DNA of 29,451 bases from an uncultured Bacilli bacterium. Its GTDB lineage: Bacteria > Bacillota_I > Bacilli_A > RF39 > UBA660. The position numbers were made by a program, and so were the translations under genes. The notes beneath the pieces were generated by a model that was not told the DNA's origin, made no database searches, and worked only from the letters and a program-made list of their open reading frames with translations. Positions 28,447 to 29,451 of this stretch are shown here, piece after piece. Numbering within the stretch: position 1 is the first letter of the stretch; every line of letters begins with the position of its first letter. The stretch covers positions 1 to 29,451 of the forward strand of contig CALVPO010000001.1 of the NCBI GenBank assembly GCA_944351345.1, given 5' to 3'.

Positions 28447-28881
28447 TAAGTTTTCCACAGTTAAATATTTTTGCTTTTTTTGGAAAAAATATGTATGTAT
28501 ATTTATTTATATATTTATAATATTAATAATGTTTTAAAATAGGTGATATGTATAAAAAATATAAACTAGTAGAATATAGTTAGAATACTATACTTTTTTA
28601 CAAGTTTTATTATTTAAAATGTTCTTAAAATTTGTTAATATTTTTATATTTTACTTTGATAATAATGTTGAAGAAAAAATTTAATTATTATTTCATTAAA
28701 AGATTAATAGAAGAATAGAAGATGTTTATAAATTTTTTTGATAATGGGTTTGTAGAGTGTAGTGTTAGTATGAATTTTTTTTATTGAATAGTTAAAAGTT
28801 ATGTTATTAATTAATATTTTGAGAACTATTTTATTGTAGATAATTTATTTTTGTATAACTATTTATTTATAATAAAATTTA

Positions 28882-28897
28882 TGTTTCACGTGAAACA
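28882..28897. promoter_or_regulatory. parS site 5
   Basis: Perfect palindrome TGTTTCACGTGAAACA; TTTTCCACA follows at 28901. Confidence 0.92.
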
Positions 28898-28998
28898 TTG
28901 TTTTCCACATATAGTAAAATAGTTATTTTTTTTATTACTATGTGTAATTTATTTTTATAAATTTAATAATAATTTGGTTTTGGTTTTTAATATTTATA

Positions 28999-29014
28999 TG
29001 TTTCACGTGGAACA
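28999..29014. promoter_or_regulatory. parS site 6
   Basis: TGTTTCACGTGGAACA; no abutting box, but a reverse box TGTGGAAAA lies at 29040. Confidence 0.9.
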
Positions 29015-29058
29015 AGGATTTAGTATCTATTATTTTTCTTGTGGAAAACTATTTTTCC

Positions 29059-29087
29059 TTGATTTTTTTTTTAGTTTATTGTATAAT
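29059..29087 (+). promoter_or_regulatory. Sigma-A promoter of the SRP RNA
   Basis: TTGATT-17-TATAAT; predicted +1 near 29094 coincides with the base of the RNA stem. Confidence 0.7.
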
Positions 29088-29093
29088 CTTATT

Positions 29094-29167
29094 GATGCAA
29101 CAGTATTATTTTGGAACCAAGTCAGAATCGGAAGATAGCAGCTTTAACAATTTATACTGTGTGCATC
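29094..29167 (+). ncRNA. ffs: Signal recognition particle RNA, small (4.5S-type)
   Basis: Core GAACC-AAG-TCAGA-ATC-GGAA-GAT-AGCAGC; ends pair (GATGCA/TGCATC, ACAGTAT/ATACTGT); followed by a T tract; directly upstream of dnaX, like scr in Bacillus. Confidence 0.88.
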
Positions 29168-29233
29168 TTTTTTTATTTTTGTTTATTATTTTTTTACAAA
29201 CAAACGTTCTTTCTTGATTTTTTTTGATTTATG

Positions 29234-29262
29234 TTGTTAATTTTTTTGATTTATGATATAAT
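29234..29262 (+). promoter_or_regulatory. Putative dnaX promoter
   Basis: TTGTTA-17-TATAAT with an extended -10 TG. Confidence 0.55.
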
Positions 29263-29293
29263 ATTATTGATACTTGTTTAAGTAGGTGATTTT

Positions 29294-29437
29294 GTGGGAG
29301 GATATTTAGCTTTATATAGAAAATATAGGCCTAATAATTTTAATGATTTAGTTGGGCAGAGTGGTGTTTCTACTATAATTAAAAATGAAATTTTAAATAA
29401 TAAAATTGCACATGAATCTTTCTCTTCTCTAGCCTGA
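29294..29437 (+). CDS. dnaX: DNA polymerase III gamma/tau, N-terminal 40 codons only, then unrelated sequence and TGA
   Basis: GTG start; YLALYRKYRPNNFNDLVGQ...KIAH is the DnaX N-terminus, but the expected AYLFSGPRGTGKT is replaced by ESFSSLA*. Confidence 0.8.
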   Translation: MGGYLALYRKYRPNNFNDLVGQSGVSTIIKNEILNNKIAHESFSSLA

Positions 29438-29451
29438 CGTACTGCTAATAC

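Noticed and set aside
28540-28830. Possible second gene remnant (AGGTGA SD, MYKKYKLVEYS*, later RRIEDVYKFFDNGF)
   Set aside because: Multiple stops and no family I can recognise; would need a tblastx search.
27429-29014. CRISPR array reading of the repeated palindromes
   Set aside because: Spacing is 117-538 bp and irregular, the repeat core is the 16-bp parS, and there are no cas genes.
1-29451. Genetic code 4 (Mycoplasma-like)
   Set aside because: TGA ends the DUF2229 gene in overlap with the next start, and long genes use TGG for Trp with no in-frame TGA.

Overview
Very AT-rich chromosomal window spanning the replication origin of a Bacilli-type bacterium. TGA is used as a stop and an intact class A PBP is present; an uncultured RF39-like gut lineage is my guess only. 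Left arm (mostly minus strand): acyl-CoA dehydratase/activase-related pair, rpoE, a motif-degenerate argS-like gene, an unannotated YwiB/DUF1934-like ORF apparently starting at ACG, a class A PBP, a Noc/ParB-like protein with a ~300-aa N/Q-rich insert, an IS30-family element inserted in the rsmG terminator, then rsmG-mnmG-mnmE-mscS-jag-yidC-rnpA-rpmH. Right arm (plus strand): a lone HerA-type ATPase, DnaA-box cluster, dnaA, second box cluster, dnaN, comK-like gene, recF, gyrB, gyrA. A ~1.9-kb largely non-coding region follows, with six parS palindromes (five immediately followed by a DnaA-box-like 9-mer) and an IS200 tnpA relic. The window ends with a minimal SRP RNA and the 5' end of dnaX, which breaks off into unrelated sequence. 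The strongest candidates for new biology are the parS+DnaA-box composite array, the apparently catalytically dead ArgRS paralog, the Noc-like protein with the disordered insert, and the origin-embedded HerA.
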